Shown in pieces: positions 1-8,101 of a DNA stretch of 47,187 nucleotides; position 1 is the first letter of the stretch; every line of letters starts with the position of its first letter. A program made the translations under genes and the position numbers. A model generated the notes under the pieces. That model had not been told where the DNA came from, made no database searches, and was given only the letters and a program-made list of their open reading frames with translations. This DNA is from Allosphingosinicella sp. Its GTDB lineage: Bacteria > Pseudomonadota > Alphaproteobacteria > Sphingomonadales > Sphingomonadaceae. Where the stretch lies: contig JBEVDE010000448.1 in assembly GCA_040514175.1 (NCBI GenBank), positions 1-47,187 of the forward strand, written 5' to 3'.

Positions 1-1
1 G

Positions 2-223
2 AAGCTGGCCGGCCTCGATCTTGTCGGTACGGCTGTCGGGGGTCTTGTCGAGAGTCCAGTCGGCGATGCCCAGCTCTATGTCGAAATGGCCGGGATCGAT
101 CGTGCAGGCGGGCGTGCCGAGCCCGGGCCGATCGGGGCAGAAGTCGCGAGGCTCTTCGGCGCGGGCCGCCGACGCGGCGAGGGCGAGAGCGGAGATGGCG
201 AGCATGATCCGGGCGGGCGGCAT
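2..223 (-). CDS. Outer-membrane 'transporter' (MetA-pathway/phenol-degradation-like beta-barrel family), N-terminal part; runs off the window edge
   Basis: Not in the ORF track. Manual translation from ATG at 223: MPPARIMLAISALALAASAARAEEPRDFCPDRPGLGTPACTIDPGHFDIELG, i.e. a signal peptide followed by the DRPG motif typical of this family. Confidence 0.65.
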   Translation of the reverse strand, partial: MPPARIMLAISALALAASAARAEEPRDFCPDRPGLGTPACTIDPGHFDIELGIADWTLDKTPDSRTDKIEAGQL

Positions 224-280
224 CGGCCATGTTTAGACCGCTCAGGACCGAGCGGAAGCGTAAATCGAAGCGATAAGCTT

Positions 281-401
281 CCCCTCCCTGGAAGGGAGGG
301 GCTAGGGGTGGGCAGGCGAGCGAAGCGAGACTTTCTTCGGACTCGGAGTTTCGGCCGCCTTCGGCGGACCCACCCCCCGACCCCTCCCTTGCAGGGAGGG
401 G
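281..401. repeat. Palindromic intergenic repeat family A, copy 1
   Basis: Terminal hairpins CCCCTCCC-TGGAA-GGGAGGGG and CCCCTCCC-TTGCA-GGGAGGGG with an internal CCGCC-TTCG-GCGG motif; near reverse complement of 1430-1549 and 28525-28644. Confidence 0.9.
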
Positions 402-424
402 AGAAATCAGGCGATACCGCCCCC

Positions 425-1495
425 ATGACCGATCTAGACTCCTTCATCGCCGGCCTGCCCAAGGCCGAATTGCACATGCATATCGAGGGCAGCCTCGAGC
501 CCGAATTGATGTTCGAGCTCGCCCGGCGCAACCGGGTGGAGATACCGTTCCGAAGCGTCGAGGAGGTGCGGGCGGCCTACAGCTTCTCGAACCTCCAGGA
601 CTTTCTCGACATTTATTATCAAGGCGCGGCGGTGCTTCGGACCGAGGAGGATTTCCGCGACCTCGCGCTGGCCTATTTCGACCGCGCCGCCGCCGATTGC
701 GTGACCCATGCCGAAATCTTCTTCGATCCCCAGACCCACACCGACCGCGGCATAGCGTTCGATGTGGTGATGGCCGGCCTGCTCGCGGGCATGGCGGAGG
801 CGCGCGAGCGGCACGGGCTCAGCTCGAAGCTCATCCTCTGCTTCCTGCGCCATCTCGACGAAGAGGCCGCCTTCGCCACCCTGCGCGAGGCGGAGCCCTG
901 GCTCGACCGGATCGAGGCGGTCGGGCTCGATTCCTCGGAGCTCGGCCACCCGCCGGAGAAGTTCGCCCGGGTCTTCCGGCGGGCTTCGGAGCAAGGGTTG
1001 AAGCGGGTCGCCCATGCCGGCGAGGAAGGGCCGCCCGACTATGTCTGGCAGGCGCTGGATGTGCTCGAGGTCGACCGGCTCGACCATGGCAATAGGTCGC
1101 TCGAGGATCCGCGGCTGGTCGAGCGGCTGGCGCGGGAGCGGATGACCCTGACCGTCTGCCCGCTCTCCAACCACAAGCTCTGCGTCGTCTCCGACCTCGC
1201 CGCGCATCCGATCGATAGGATGCTGGCGGCCGGGCTTCGCGCGACGATCAACTCGGACGATCCCGCTTATTTCGGCGGCTATGTGAACGACAATTACCGC
1301 GCGGTGGCGGGGGCGCTCGGCCGCGAGGCGATCGCGACATTGGCCAGGAACAGCTTCGAGGGGTCGTTTCTCGACGAGGCGGAGAAAGCGGCGCAGATCG
1401 CGACGCTGGATCGGTATCTGGCCGAACCTTCCCTCCCTGCAAGGGAGGGGCCGGGGGTGGGTCCGCCGAAGGCGGCCGAAACTCCGACGCCGTAA
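425..1495 (+). CDS. add: Adenosine/adenine deaminase (amidohydrolase fold)
   Basis: ATG at 425 (MTDLDSFIAGLPKAELHMHIEG); motifs HxH, HAGEEG, LDHG, NSDDPAYFGG. The last ~22 aa are encoded inside a repeat. Confidence 0.92.
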   Translation: MTDLDSFIAGLPKAELHMHIEGSLEPELMFELARRNRVEIPFRSVEEVRAAYSFSNLQDFLDIYYQGAAVLRTEEDFRDLALAYFDRAAADCVTHAEIFFDPQTHTDRGIAFDVVMAGLLAGMAEARERHGLSSKLILCFLRHLDEEAAFATLREAEPWLDRIEAVGLDSSELGHPPEKFARVFRRASEQGLKRVAHAGEEGPPDYVWQALDVLEVDRLDHGNRSLEDPRLVERLARERMTLTVCPLSNHKLCVVSDLAAHPIDRMLAAGLRATINSDDPAYFGGYVNDNYRAVAGALGREAIATLARNSFEGSFLDEAEKAAQIATLDRYLAEPSLPAREGPGVGPPKAAETPTP

Positions 1496-1549
1496 AAGTC
1501 TCGCGGCGCTCGCCTACCCACCCCCAACCCCTCCCGTGCAGGGAGGGGA
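1430..1549. repeat. Palindromic repeat family A, copy 2 (inverted relative to copy 1)
   Basis: CCCTCCCTGCAAGGGAGGGG...GGGTCCGCCGAAGGCGGCCGAA...CCCCTCCCGTGCAGGGAGGGG. Confidence 0.9.
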
Positions 1550-2689
1550 GTAAAGCGCGCCGCACTCAGGCCCGCCCACCCCCGCCGGAGAACGCATGAT
1601 CAGCCGCCCGTCCGGTGCCGCGGCGAAGCTGGCCTGGCTGGGATAAGCGAAGTGGAGGCCGAGCTCGGCGAAGCGGCGCAGGATGTCGAGCATCACCGCC
1701 TGGCGAGCGTTCAGGAAATCCTCCAGCTGCCGCGATTCCACGCTGAAGATGAGCTCGAAATCCAGTGAGGACGGGGCGAATTTGACGAGGTGGGCGCGGT
1801 CGAACCTCGCCTGCGGCTGGCGGCGGACGATCGCCTCCAGCTCGGCGGGCAGTTTCGCGAGCGTCTCAGGCGGCGTCTGGAAGACCAGGCTGAGCAGGAT
1901 CTGGACGCGCCTATGCTCGAGCCTCGTCATGTTCTGCAGCCGGGCGTTGAGCAGATTGGCGTTGGAGACGATCAGCTCCTCGCCGTTGACGGAGCGGATG
2001 CGGGTGCTCTTGAGCCCGATCCGCTCGACCGTTCCGCTATGCTGGTCGAAGGTGATCGTGTCGCCGCGCCGGAAGGGCTTGTCGAAGAGGATGGAGAGGG
2101 CGGCGAACAGGTCGGAGAAGATGCCCTGGGCGGCGAGGCCGATGGCGATTCCGCCGATGCCGAGGCCGGCGATGAGGCCGGTGACGTTGACGCCCAGATT
2201 GTCGAGGATGAGGATGATGGCGATGGCGAACAGGGTCACCGTCACCAGCAGCCGGATGATCCCGATCGCCGAGGCGAGCGAGCTCTGCTCCTGGTCGCCG
2301 GTGCGGTGGGCGACGTAGCCGAGGATCAGCTCGCGCCCCCAGATCGCCGCCTGCAGGCACGCCGTGATGACGAAGCCGACATGGATGAACTCCATCAGTG
2401 CGGGCGGGGTGCTGGCATGGTCGGCGACGAGCTGCGCCGAGGTGAAGATGATGAAGTAGATCTTGGTCTTGGCCAGCGCCCGGGCGAAGATGGCCGGCCA
2501 GTGCGGGTCGCCGCCGATCCGGGCGATCAGCTTGCAGCCCAATGAGCGCACGGCGAGCATCGCCAGCGCGATCGCTATCCCGATCGCCGCGGCGACGAGG
2601 ATGCCGACGAGATTGCCGCTGATCCAGGCCTGCGCCTCGGCGGCGAGAGCGCTGCTCTTCGCGATGAAGTTCGACGTCGTGCCTGCCAT
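1514..2689 (-). CDS. mscS: Small-conductance mechanosensitive channel family protein
   Basis: Multiple TM segments; LGIGGIAIGLAAQ, DKPFRRGD, GTVERIGLKSTRIRS and FAYPSQ motifs. Confidence 0.9.
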   Translation of the reverse strand: MAGTTSNFIAKSSALAAEAQAWISGNLVGILVAAAIGIAIALAMLAVRSLGCKLIARIGGDPHWPAIFARALAKTKIYFIIFTSAQLVADHASTPPALMEFIHVGFVITACLQAAIWGRELILGYVAHRTGDQEQSSLASAIGIIRLLVTVTLFAIAIILILDNLGVNVTGLIAGLGIGGIAIGLAAQGIFSDLFAALSILFDKPFRRGDTITFDQHSGTVERIGLKSTRIRSVNGEELIVSNANLLNARLQNMTRLEHRRVQILLSLVFQTPPETLAKLPAELEAIVRRQPQARFDRAHLVKFAPSSLDFELIFSVESRQLEDFLNARQAVMLDILRRFAELGLHFAYPSQASFAAAPDGRLIMRSPAGVGGPECGALYSPPCTGGVGGG

Positions 2690-3720
2690 CAGGCGGCCTT
2701 TGCGCGACTTTTACCCTTCCCGTCCACCCTCGCCTGCTCACCGGGCAGAGCGTCGAGGAATTCGATCAGGCCGCGCTCGGCCGAGCTCAGATATTTGGAC
2801 GCGCGCGGCAGCGGCTCGTCGCCGATCGCTCCGGCATCCTTCGCCGCTTCGATCAGGGCCGGATGGACGTAGGACTTGCGGCTGATCGCGGCGGTGTTGC
2901 CGAGCGCCTCGGCGACCGGCTCGATCATGCTCTTCAGCTTGACGCTGCCGTGCTTGCGGCAGCGGCGGATCATCTCCTCGAAGGCGATGGTGCTCGCGCC
3001 CCAGGTGCGGAAATCCTTGGCGGTGAACTCCTCGCCCATCGCCTCGCGGATATAGTCGTTGACGTCGCTCGACGAAGCCGGACAGACGTCGCCCGCCTCG
3101 TTCACATATTCGAAGAGATTCTGCCCCGGCAGGTCCTGGGTGCGCCGGGCGATGCGGATGAGGTTGCGGTCGGTGAGGGTGACCGAGCGCTTGACGCCAT
3201 GCTTACCGGTATAGGCGATCTTGAGCTGGCCGCGAGTCACCTTGGCGTGGCGGTTGCGCAGGGTGGTCGCTCCGAAGCTCTTGTTGTCCTTCGCATATTC
3301 CTCGTTGCCGACCCGCATCCTGGTCTCGTCGATCAGCCGGACCACCGCCGCGAGCACGGTGTCGCGGACCGTCGGCTTGCCGGCCAGATCCGCCTCCACC
3401 TTCTTGCGCAGCTTCGGCAGGACCCGCCCGAAGGCGGCGAGCCGCTCATATTTGGCCGCGTCCTGCTTCGCCCGGTAATCGGGATGGTAGCGATATTGCT
3501 TGCGGCCCTTCGCGTCGTAGCCGGTCGCCTGGATGTGGCCGTTCGGCTTGGGACAGAACCAGCAGCGCTCGTAGGCGGGCGGCATGCCGATCGCGTTCAG
3601 CCGGTCGATCTCGTCGCGGTCCTTGATCCGGCCGCCGTCGGGCGCGAAATATTGCCAGTAGCGGCCGCTTCGCTTGCGGGTGATTCCGGGCAGGCTTGAA
3701 TCGTCGACGAAGCAGAGCAT
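2689..3720 (-). CDS. Bacterial DNA topoisomerase IB
   Basis: Start MLCFVDD at 3720; GRKQYRYH, RVGNEEY, SFGATTLR, KDFRTW and SRKSYVHP (catalytic Tyr) motifs. Confidence 0.93.
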   Translation of the reverse strand: MLCFVDDSSLPGITRKRSGRYWQYFAPDGGRIKDRDEIDRLNAIGMPPAYERCWFCPKPNGHIQATGYDAKGRKQYRYHPDYRAKQDAAKYERLAAFGRVLPKLRKKVEADLAGKPTVRDTVLAAVVRLIDETRMRVGNEEYAKDNKSFGATTLRNRHAKVTRGQLKIAYTGKHGVKRSVTLTDRNLIRIARRTQDLPGQNLFEYVNEAGDVCPASSSDVNDYIREAMGEEFTAKDFRTWGASTIAFEEMIRRCRKHGSVKLKSMIEPVAEALGNTAAISRKSYVHPALIEAAKDAGAIGDEPLPRASKYLSSAERGLIEFLDALPGEQARVDGKGKSRAKAA

Positions 3721-3729
3721 GGGGGCTCT

Positions 3730-3780
3730 AAGCGCCCGCCCGGGCGCTTCGTTCCGGAACGCCGGTGAAGTCTTGCCGTT
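3730..3780. promoter_or_regulatory. EcfG/SigT general-stress promoter(s), probably divergent
   Basis: Plus strand GGAAC(3756-3760)-N16-CGTT(3777-3780) upstream of pfpI; minus strand GGAAC(3755-3751)-N16-CGCTT upstream of topIB. Confidence 0.7.
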
Positions 3781-3802
3781 GAAGGCGCCGAAGGAGAATT
3801 TC

Positions 3803-4351
3803 ATGCCCAACATATCCGAAGCGAAGATCCTGATCATCGCCACCGACGGCTATGAGGATTCGGAGCTGCTCGAGCCGCGCCGGATCCTTCGCGAGCGCGG
3901 CGCCCACGTCACTTTAGCCTCGCTCGAGACGGGCGAGATCGAGGGCGACAATGGCGCCACCGTCGCGGTCGATTGCACGATCGGCGAGGTCGACGCGGCC
4001 GATTACGGCGCCCTCGTCCTGCCCGGCGGAACCAAGAATCCCGACGCGCTGAGGATGGACGAGCGGGTCGTGGCGACGATCCGCGCCTTCGCCGCGGCCG
4101 GCAAGCCCGTCGCCGCCATCTGCCACGGCCCCTGGCTGCTGATCGAGGCGGACCTCGTGCGCGGCCGAAGGGTCACCGGCTGGCCGTCGATCCGGACCGA
4201 TTTGCGCAACGCCGGCGGCGAGGTGGTCGACGAGGCGGCGGTCACCGACGGCAACATCGTCACCAGCCGCAAGCCGGAAGACATACCCGCCTTCACCGAC
4301 GCGCTGATCGCCCTCTACGAGAAAGCGGAGGCCCGGCTCGAGACCGCCTGA
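3803..4351 (+). CDS. PfpI/DJ-1 family protein (type 1 glutamine amidotransferase-like)
   Basis: AAGGAG RBS before ATG 3803; GYEDSEL, LPGG, AICHGPW and VTSRKPED motifs. Confidence 0.93.
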   Translation: MPNISEAKILIIATDGYEDSELLEPRRILRERGAHVTLASLETGEIEGDNGATVAVDCTIGEVDAADYGALVLPGGTKNPDALRMDERVVATIRAFAAAGKPVAAICHGPWLLIEADLVRGRRVTGWPSIRTDLRNAGGEVVDEAAVTDGNIVTSRKPEDIPAFTDALIALYEKAEARLETA

Positions 4352-5682
4352 GCGGGGAGGAAGGGCTTCTTCGCCGCGGCCCGGGCGCGCCGGGCGAGGT
4401 GGGAGTCGAGGCCGATCCCCACCGCGAACATCAGCCAGGGGAAAGGCTGATAGGCGATCCCGACGAACAGGGATCCGATCAGATAGATGATCTGGAAATG
4501 CTGGAGGGAGGTAGCGAGCGGGGCGATCCATCGATCGTCCCCTTCCGCCCCGCGGTAGCGGCGCCGGATCACCTCCAGCCGAAGCAGTCCCGCCCCCTGG
4601 ATGAGGAGGAAGAGGATCAGGCCCGGAAAGCCCTGCTCGCCGAGCATCTCGAAATAGGAGCTGTGATAGGCGCGCGATTCATCGAGGCTGGTGCGCGCGG
4701 TGATCGTCTCGACGCCCCCCGAATTCTGGACGGCGACGGTCTTCACCTCGATCTTGTTCTGGCGATAGGCGCCGAAGCCGCCGCCGAGCGGATGCTCCTG
4801 GGCGTAGTTCCAGGTCCATTCCCAGACGGCGAGCCGCACCCCGGCGCTATTGTCCGACTGATAGCCCTGGATGGTCGACATCCTCCCGGTGAACGAATCG
4901 GGCAGGAACGGCACCGAGCCGAGGACGAGCAGGCCGGCTCCGGCCATATAGAGGAAGCGCCGCTTGACGTCGCGAAGCGTGAGCAGGCCGAGCATTGCGA
5001 TGCAGACCAGCCCGGTCCGCGCCTCGGTTCCGATCGGCATCAGCAGGCAGGCGAAGACGAGGCCGGCGGCGAACGCCTTCACCCGCCAGTCGGGCGGGAA
5101 CACGGTGCCGTAGCGCGCCAGCCACAGGATCACCGGAATGAGGGCGATCGCCACGGTGGAGATGGTGCTGCTCTCGTAGAGGTTGCTGTTGTTGGTCACC
5201 ATCAGGTTGAGGACGCCGTAGCCGCCGCCCGAGGCGACCGTCTTCAGGCCGCCGACGATGATGATCGCGGCCGCCGACAAGGTGAGGAAGAGGAGCACGG
5301 CCTCGATCCTCAGCTTCGAGCGCAGCGTGAGCGGAAGGAAGATGGCGAAGGCCAGCGCCTTCGACGCCCAGTCCCATTTGTCCGCGGCGTCGATCGGAAA
5401 GTCGGCGTTGGCGGTGGTGTAGAAAGTGTAGGCGAGCAGGATCGCGAGCAGCCCCTGGCGGACGGTGAAGCGCAGGCCGTCCTTCTTCTCGAACAACAGC
5501 CAGCCGGCGAAGGCGAGGCAGGCGACGATGAGGGAGAGCTGGAGGCTGTTCAGCAGATAATAGGACAGGCGCTGCGGCGAGACCGTGTCGATATAGGCGT
5601 AAGCGAGCACGAACAGGAACGGCCGGCGGAAGCCGAGCCCGAGCAGAGCGACGAGGAAGGCGACGAAGGCGAGGTCACGCAT
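4315..5682 (-). CDS. Putative O-glycosylation ligase, exosortase A system-associated (O-antigen ligase-like)
   Basis: MRDLAFV start; polytopic membrane protein; PLGGGF and AYHSSYFEMLGEQGFPG motifs. Confidence 0.85.
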   Translation of the reverse strand: MRDLAFVAFLVALLGLGFRRPFLFVLAYAYIDTVSPQRLSYYLLNSLQLSLIVACLAFAGWLLFEKKDGLRFTVRQGLLAILLAYTFYTTANADFPIDAADKWDWASKALAFAIFLPLTLRSKLRIEAVLLFLTLSAAAIIIVGGLKTVASGGGYGVLNLMVTNNSNLYESSTISTVAIALIPVILWLARYGTVFPPDWRVKAFAAGLVFACLLMPIGTEARTGLVCIAMLGLLTLRDVKRRFLYMAGAGLLVLGSVPFLPDSFTGRMSTIQGYQSDNSAGVRLAVWEWTWNYAQEHPLGGGFGAYRQNKIEVKTVAVQNSGGVETITARTSLDESRAYHSSYFEMLGEQGFPGLILFLLIQGAGLLRLEVIRRRYRGAEGDDRWIAPLATSLQHFQIIYLIGSLFVGIAYQPFPWLMFAVGIGLDSHLARRARAAAKKPFLPAQAVSSRASAFS

Positions 5683-5830
5683 CCGGGCGGGCCTTGCCGA
5701 ACGTCCAGCCGCGCCGTTTCGGAGAGTCGCCCGCCGCGGCATCGTCGTCGAGGTCGGGGCGCGACAGCAGGCGCCAGGCGACGAGCAGAAGCAGGCCGTG
5801 GGTCAGCGCCAGCGAGAAATTGTCGATCAT
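5675..5830 (-). CDS. Small membrane protein (51 aa)
   Basis: MIDNFSLALTHGLLLLVAWRLLSRPDLDD with one hydrophobic helix; its 3' end overlaps the start of the ligase gene. Confidence 0.7.
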   Translation of the reverse strand: MIDNFSLALTHGLLLLVAWRLLSRPDLDDDAAAGDSPKRRGWTFGKARPDA

Positions 5831-5874
5831 CGGGAGCCGTCCTGCGCGCGCCTCATCGCTCACCCTTAGAGCGG

Positions 5875-5896
5875 CTCGGTTGACGGGCCGTTAAGC
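5875..5896 (-). promoter_or_regulatory. CtrA-like box (TTAA-N7-TCAA on minus strand), copy 1 of a 22-bp direct repeat
   Basis: CTCGGTTGACGGGCCGTTAAGC, identical to 8058-8079. Confidence 0.55.
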
Positions 5897-5929
5897 GTGG
5901 TTTCGCACTCATTCGCCGAGCCTCATAAC

Positions 5930-6070
5930 CCCTCTCCCGCTTTTCGCGGGAGAGGAGGGGCCCAAGCCGGAAGGCTTGGGAGGTGAGGGTCTTGCTGACT
6001 CAGTGCTACAGACCCTCACCTCCCACCGCTTCGCGGCGGGCCCCTCCTCTCCCGTCAGGACGGGAGAGGG
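5930..6070. repeat. Palindromic repeat, variant of family A/B
   Basis: Terminal hairpins CCTCTCCCG..CGGGAGAGG at both ends, internal CCAAGCC-GGAA-GGCTTGG hairpin and GGGAGGTGAGGGTC / GACCCTCACCTCCC arms. Confidence 0.85.
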
Positions 6071-6099
6071 AAAAGTGGGCCGCGCTGTATTCCGAAGGC

Positions 6100-7035
6100 T
6101 TACAGCCTGCGCTCGTAGACGGCGTTGCCCCAGGCCTGCTGGGCCATTCGGGAACAGGTGCGAACCGCGCCGGAGCGCAATGGAGCCGCCTCCGCCTCGA
6201 GCGCGAGATCGCCGAGGTCAGAGAAAAAGGCGGTCGGCAGCCGCTCGCGCTGCTCCGCGAGAAAGCCGCACAATTTCCCAAAGCGGCGGACCAGGACGGG
6301 ATTGGCCCTTGTCCCGCCGCGCGTGGCGAGCTCGAAGCTGTGGCCGACGAGGGTGACGATCGGATGGCCCTGGTCGGCGGCGTGAAGCAAAGCGGCGCGC
6401 ATCTCGTCGAACGAGACCGCGCAGATCTGGAGATGCCTGAGGCTTCCCGGGCGCTGCTCGATCTGGGTGACCGGGATCTCGACCACGCCTTCGATCAGGG
6501 CCGGGGCGATGCGGCGCGGATCGAGCGGAAGGGCGCTCGGATCGGGATGGTGGCTGCCGTTGTGGCTGCTGTCGTATCTTATGCCGAGCGCCGCCAGGGC
6601 TTCGACGGTCGCCAGGTCGGCGGCATAGCTGCCCGAGCGGAAGGCGATTGGCGCTGGCGCTCCGGCCTCGATCAGCAGGTCGCGGGCGGTTCGGACCAGG
6701 TCCAGCTGGGTCGTCCGGTCGAGCCCGGTCAGCTCGAATATGGGGTCGGCCGGGTCCGCCCAGCACGGGTGAAGGTGGAGCTGGACCTCCTGACCCGCCG
6801 CCAGGATCGGCTCGACCATGCGCCGGATCGGATCGAGGCCGTAGACGAGCGCCGGCATCGGATCGACGAAGAAGCAGGCCTTGAGGCCGTGGGCGGCGAG
6901 CCGGTCGAGCTGATAGCCGACGCCGACTCCGGCCGGATCGAAGCTCAGCGCGAGATTCTCCCGCCAGGAGGCCCCGCGCACATGCCGGTCCCAGCGCAGC
7001 TCGGTGTCGATCGTGAGGAGGACGGGATTCGCCAT
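6100..7035 (-). CDS. Polysaccharide deacetylase family protein (CE4-like)
   Basis: TIDTE, QLHLHP, FRSGSY and YDSS motifs. Confidence 0.82.
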   Translation of the reverse strand: MANPVLLTIDTELRWDRHVRGASWRENLALSFDPAGVGVGYQLDRLAAHGLKACFFVDPMPALVYGLDPIRRMVEPILAAGQEVQLHLHPCWADPADPIFELTGLDRTTQLDLVRTARDLLIEAGAPAPIAFRSGSYAADLATVEALAALGIRYDSSHNGSHHPDPSALPLDPRRIAPALIEGVVEIPVTQIEQRPGSLRHLQICAVSFDEMRAALLHAADQGHPIVTLVGHSFELATRGGTRANPVLVRRFGKLCGFLAEQRERLPTAFFSDLGDLALEAEAAPLRSGAVRTCSRMAQQAWGNAVYERRL

Positions 7036-7962
7036 CTAGCGCCGCTCGAACGGCTTGATCTTCGGACCGAGACGGTTGCCGCTGATCGCGAGCGGCTCCC
7101 CGCTCCAGTCGCCGACGAAGACGGTGGACCAGCGGAAGCCCGGCGCGACGGAGGCGTCATTGTCCTCGATCGCCAGCCCGGCGGAGCGATTCTCGGCGCC
7201 TTCGGGCGCGACCGAGATCATCGTTCCGTAATTCTCCTTGGCCGTCCCGTGGACGAAGACGTTGCCGGCGATCCGGCCGGAGGCGCCGTTGGACAGGTCG
7301 ATCAGATAGTTGGTGCGGCGGCCGCGGCTGTCGTCGAAGCTGTTGTCCAGCACCTCGACTCGCGGCGCCCGGCTCTTGAGATAATGGCCGCCGGCGCCGC
7401 GCTCGAAGCGGGAGTTGGTCACCCTCAAGCTGCCGTAATGGCCGACATAGAGCGAGTGGGTGCCGTCGCCCTCGCCGAGGCCGCTGAAGGTCGAATGATC
7501 GATCGAGATGGCGCCGGGGAGACCGTTGGCGGTGAGGATCCCGTTCTGGCCGTCCGCGAAGCGGCTGTAGGCGACGATAAGGTCGCCCCCCTCGAGACGG
7601 ATGCCCGCGCCATTCTCGTCCGGCACCCGGACATGCGTGAAGACCAGCCCGTCGACCCGGGCCGACTTGCCCCCGAGCACGAGCGTCGCCTTGCCCTCGC
7701 AGGCGCCGCCGTCGAACACCGCCGCGCCGCGCTCCTCGGCGACGAAGGCGATCCGCCCCGCTTCCTGGACGGCGCACTCGCCGTAGCGGCCGGGGGCGAT
7801 GTGGATGGTGCCGCTGCCGCGGCCGATCGCGTCCACCGCCGCCTGAAGGCTGCCGTAGCGCCGGCCGGTCTCGGCCACCGAGAAGGGCGCTGAGGATTGC
7901 GCTTGGACCGGGCCGGTGAGGGTGACGGCAAGGCCGAGCAGGATCGGGATTCTGATATTCAC
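7036..7962 (-). CDS. Secreted right-handed parallel beta-helix (pectate lyase-like) protein
   Basis: Probable GTG start at 7962 followed by a signal peptide; beta-helix periodicity; GAGIRLE, HSLYVG and GHYLKSRA motifs. Confidence 0.8.
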   Translation of the reverse strand: MNIRIPILLGLAVTLTGPVQAQSSAPFSVAETGRRYGSLQAAVDAIGRGSGTIHIAPGRYGECAVQEAGRIAFVAEERGAAVFDGGACEGKATLVLGGKSARVDGLVFTHVRVPDENGAGIRLEGGDLIVAYSRFADGQNGILTANGLPGAISIDHSTFSGLGEGDGTHSLYVGHYGSLRVTNSRFERGAGGHYLKSRAPRVEVLDNSFDDSRGRRTNYLIDLSNGASGRIAGNVFVHGTAKENYGTMISVAPEGAENRSAGLAIEDNDASVAPGFRWSTVFVGDWSGEPLAISGNRLGPKIKPFERR

Positions 7963-7984
7963 TCGGTTTCCTTTGCCATGGGCA

Positions 7985-8028
7985 GCTGAAGCCCCTCTCC
8001 CGCGCAAGGCGGGAGAGGAAGCTTCAGC
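7985..8028. repeat. Single-hairpin relic of the CCTCTCCC repeat family
   Basis: GCTGAAGC-CCCTCTCCCGC-GCAAG-GCGGGAGAGG-AA-GCTTCAGC. Confidence 0.7.
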
Positions 8029-8057
8029 CGTCGAACCGTGCAATCCCGCTAGCGCAC

Positions 8058-8079
8058 CTCGGTTGACGGGCCGTTAAGC
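8058..8079 (-). promoter_or_regulatory. CtrA-like box, copy 2 of the 22-bp direct repeat
   Basis: CTCGGTTGACGGGCCGTTAAGC, followed on the minus strand by a GCTAGC -10-like element. Confidence 0.55.
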
Positions 8080-8101
8080 TTGCTGTGGCAGAGCCCCCTG
8101 C

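Noticed and set aside
86-424. N-terminal extension of the deaminase ORF, and similar extensions for glnA, tamB, topIB, DUF1285 and the Nudix gene
   Set aside because: The extensions run through repeats or neighbouring genes; family-like sequence begins at the downstream starts used above.
4315-4351. 3' overlaps of convergent genes (also 35998-36022 and 41125-41144)
   Set aside because: Short tail overlaps are routine in compact GC-rich genomes.
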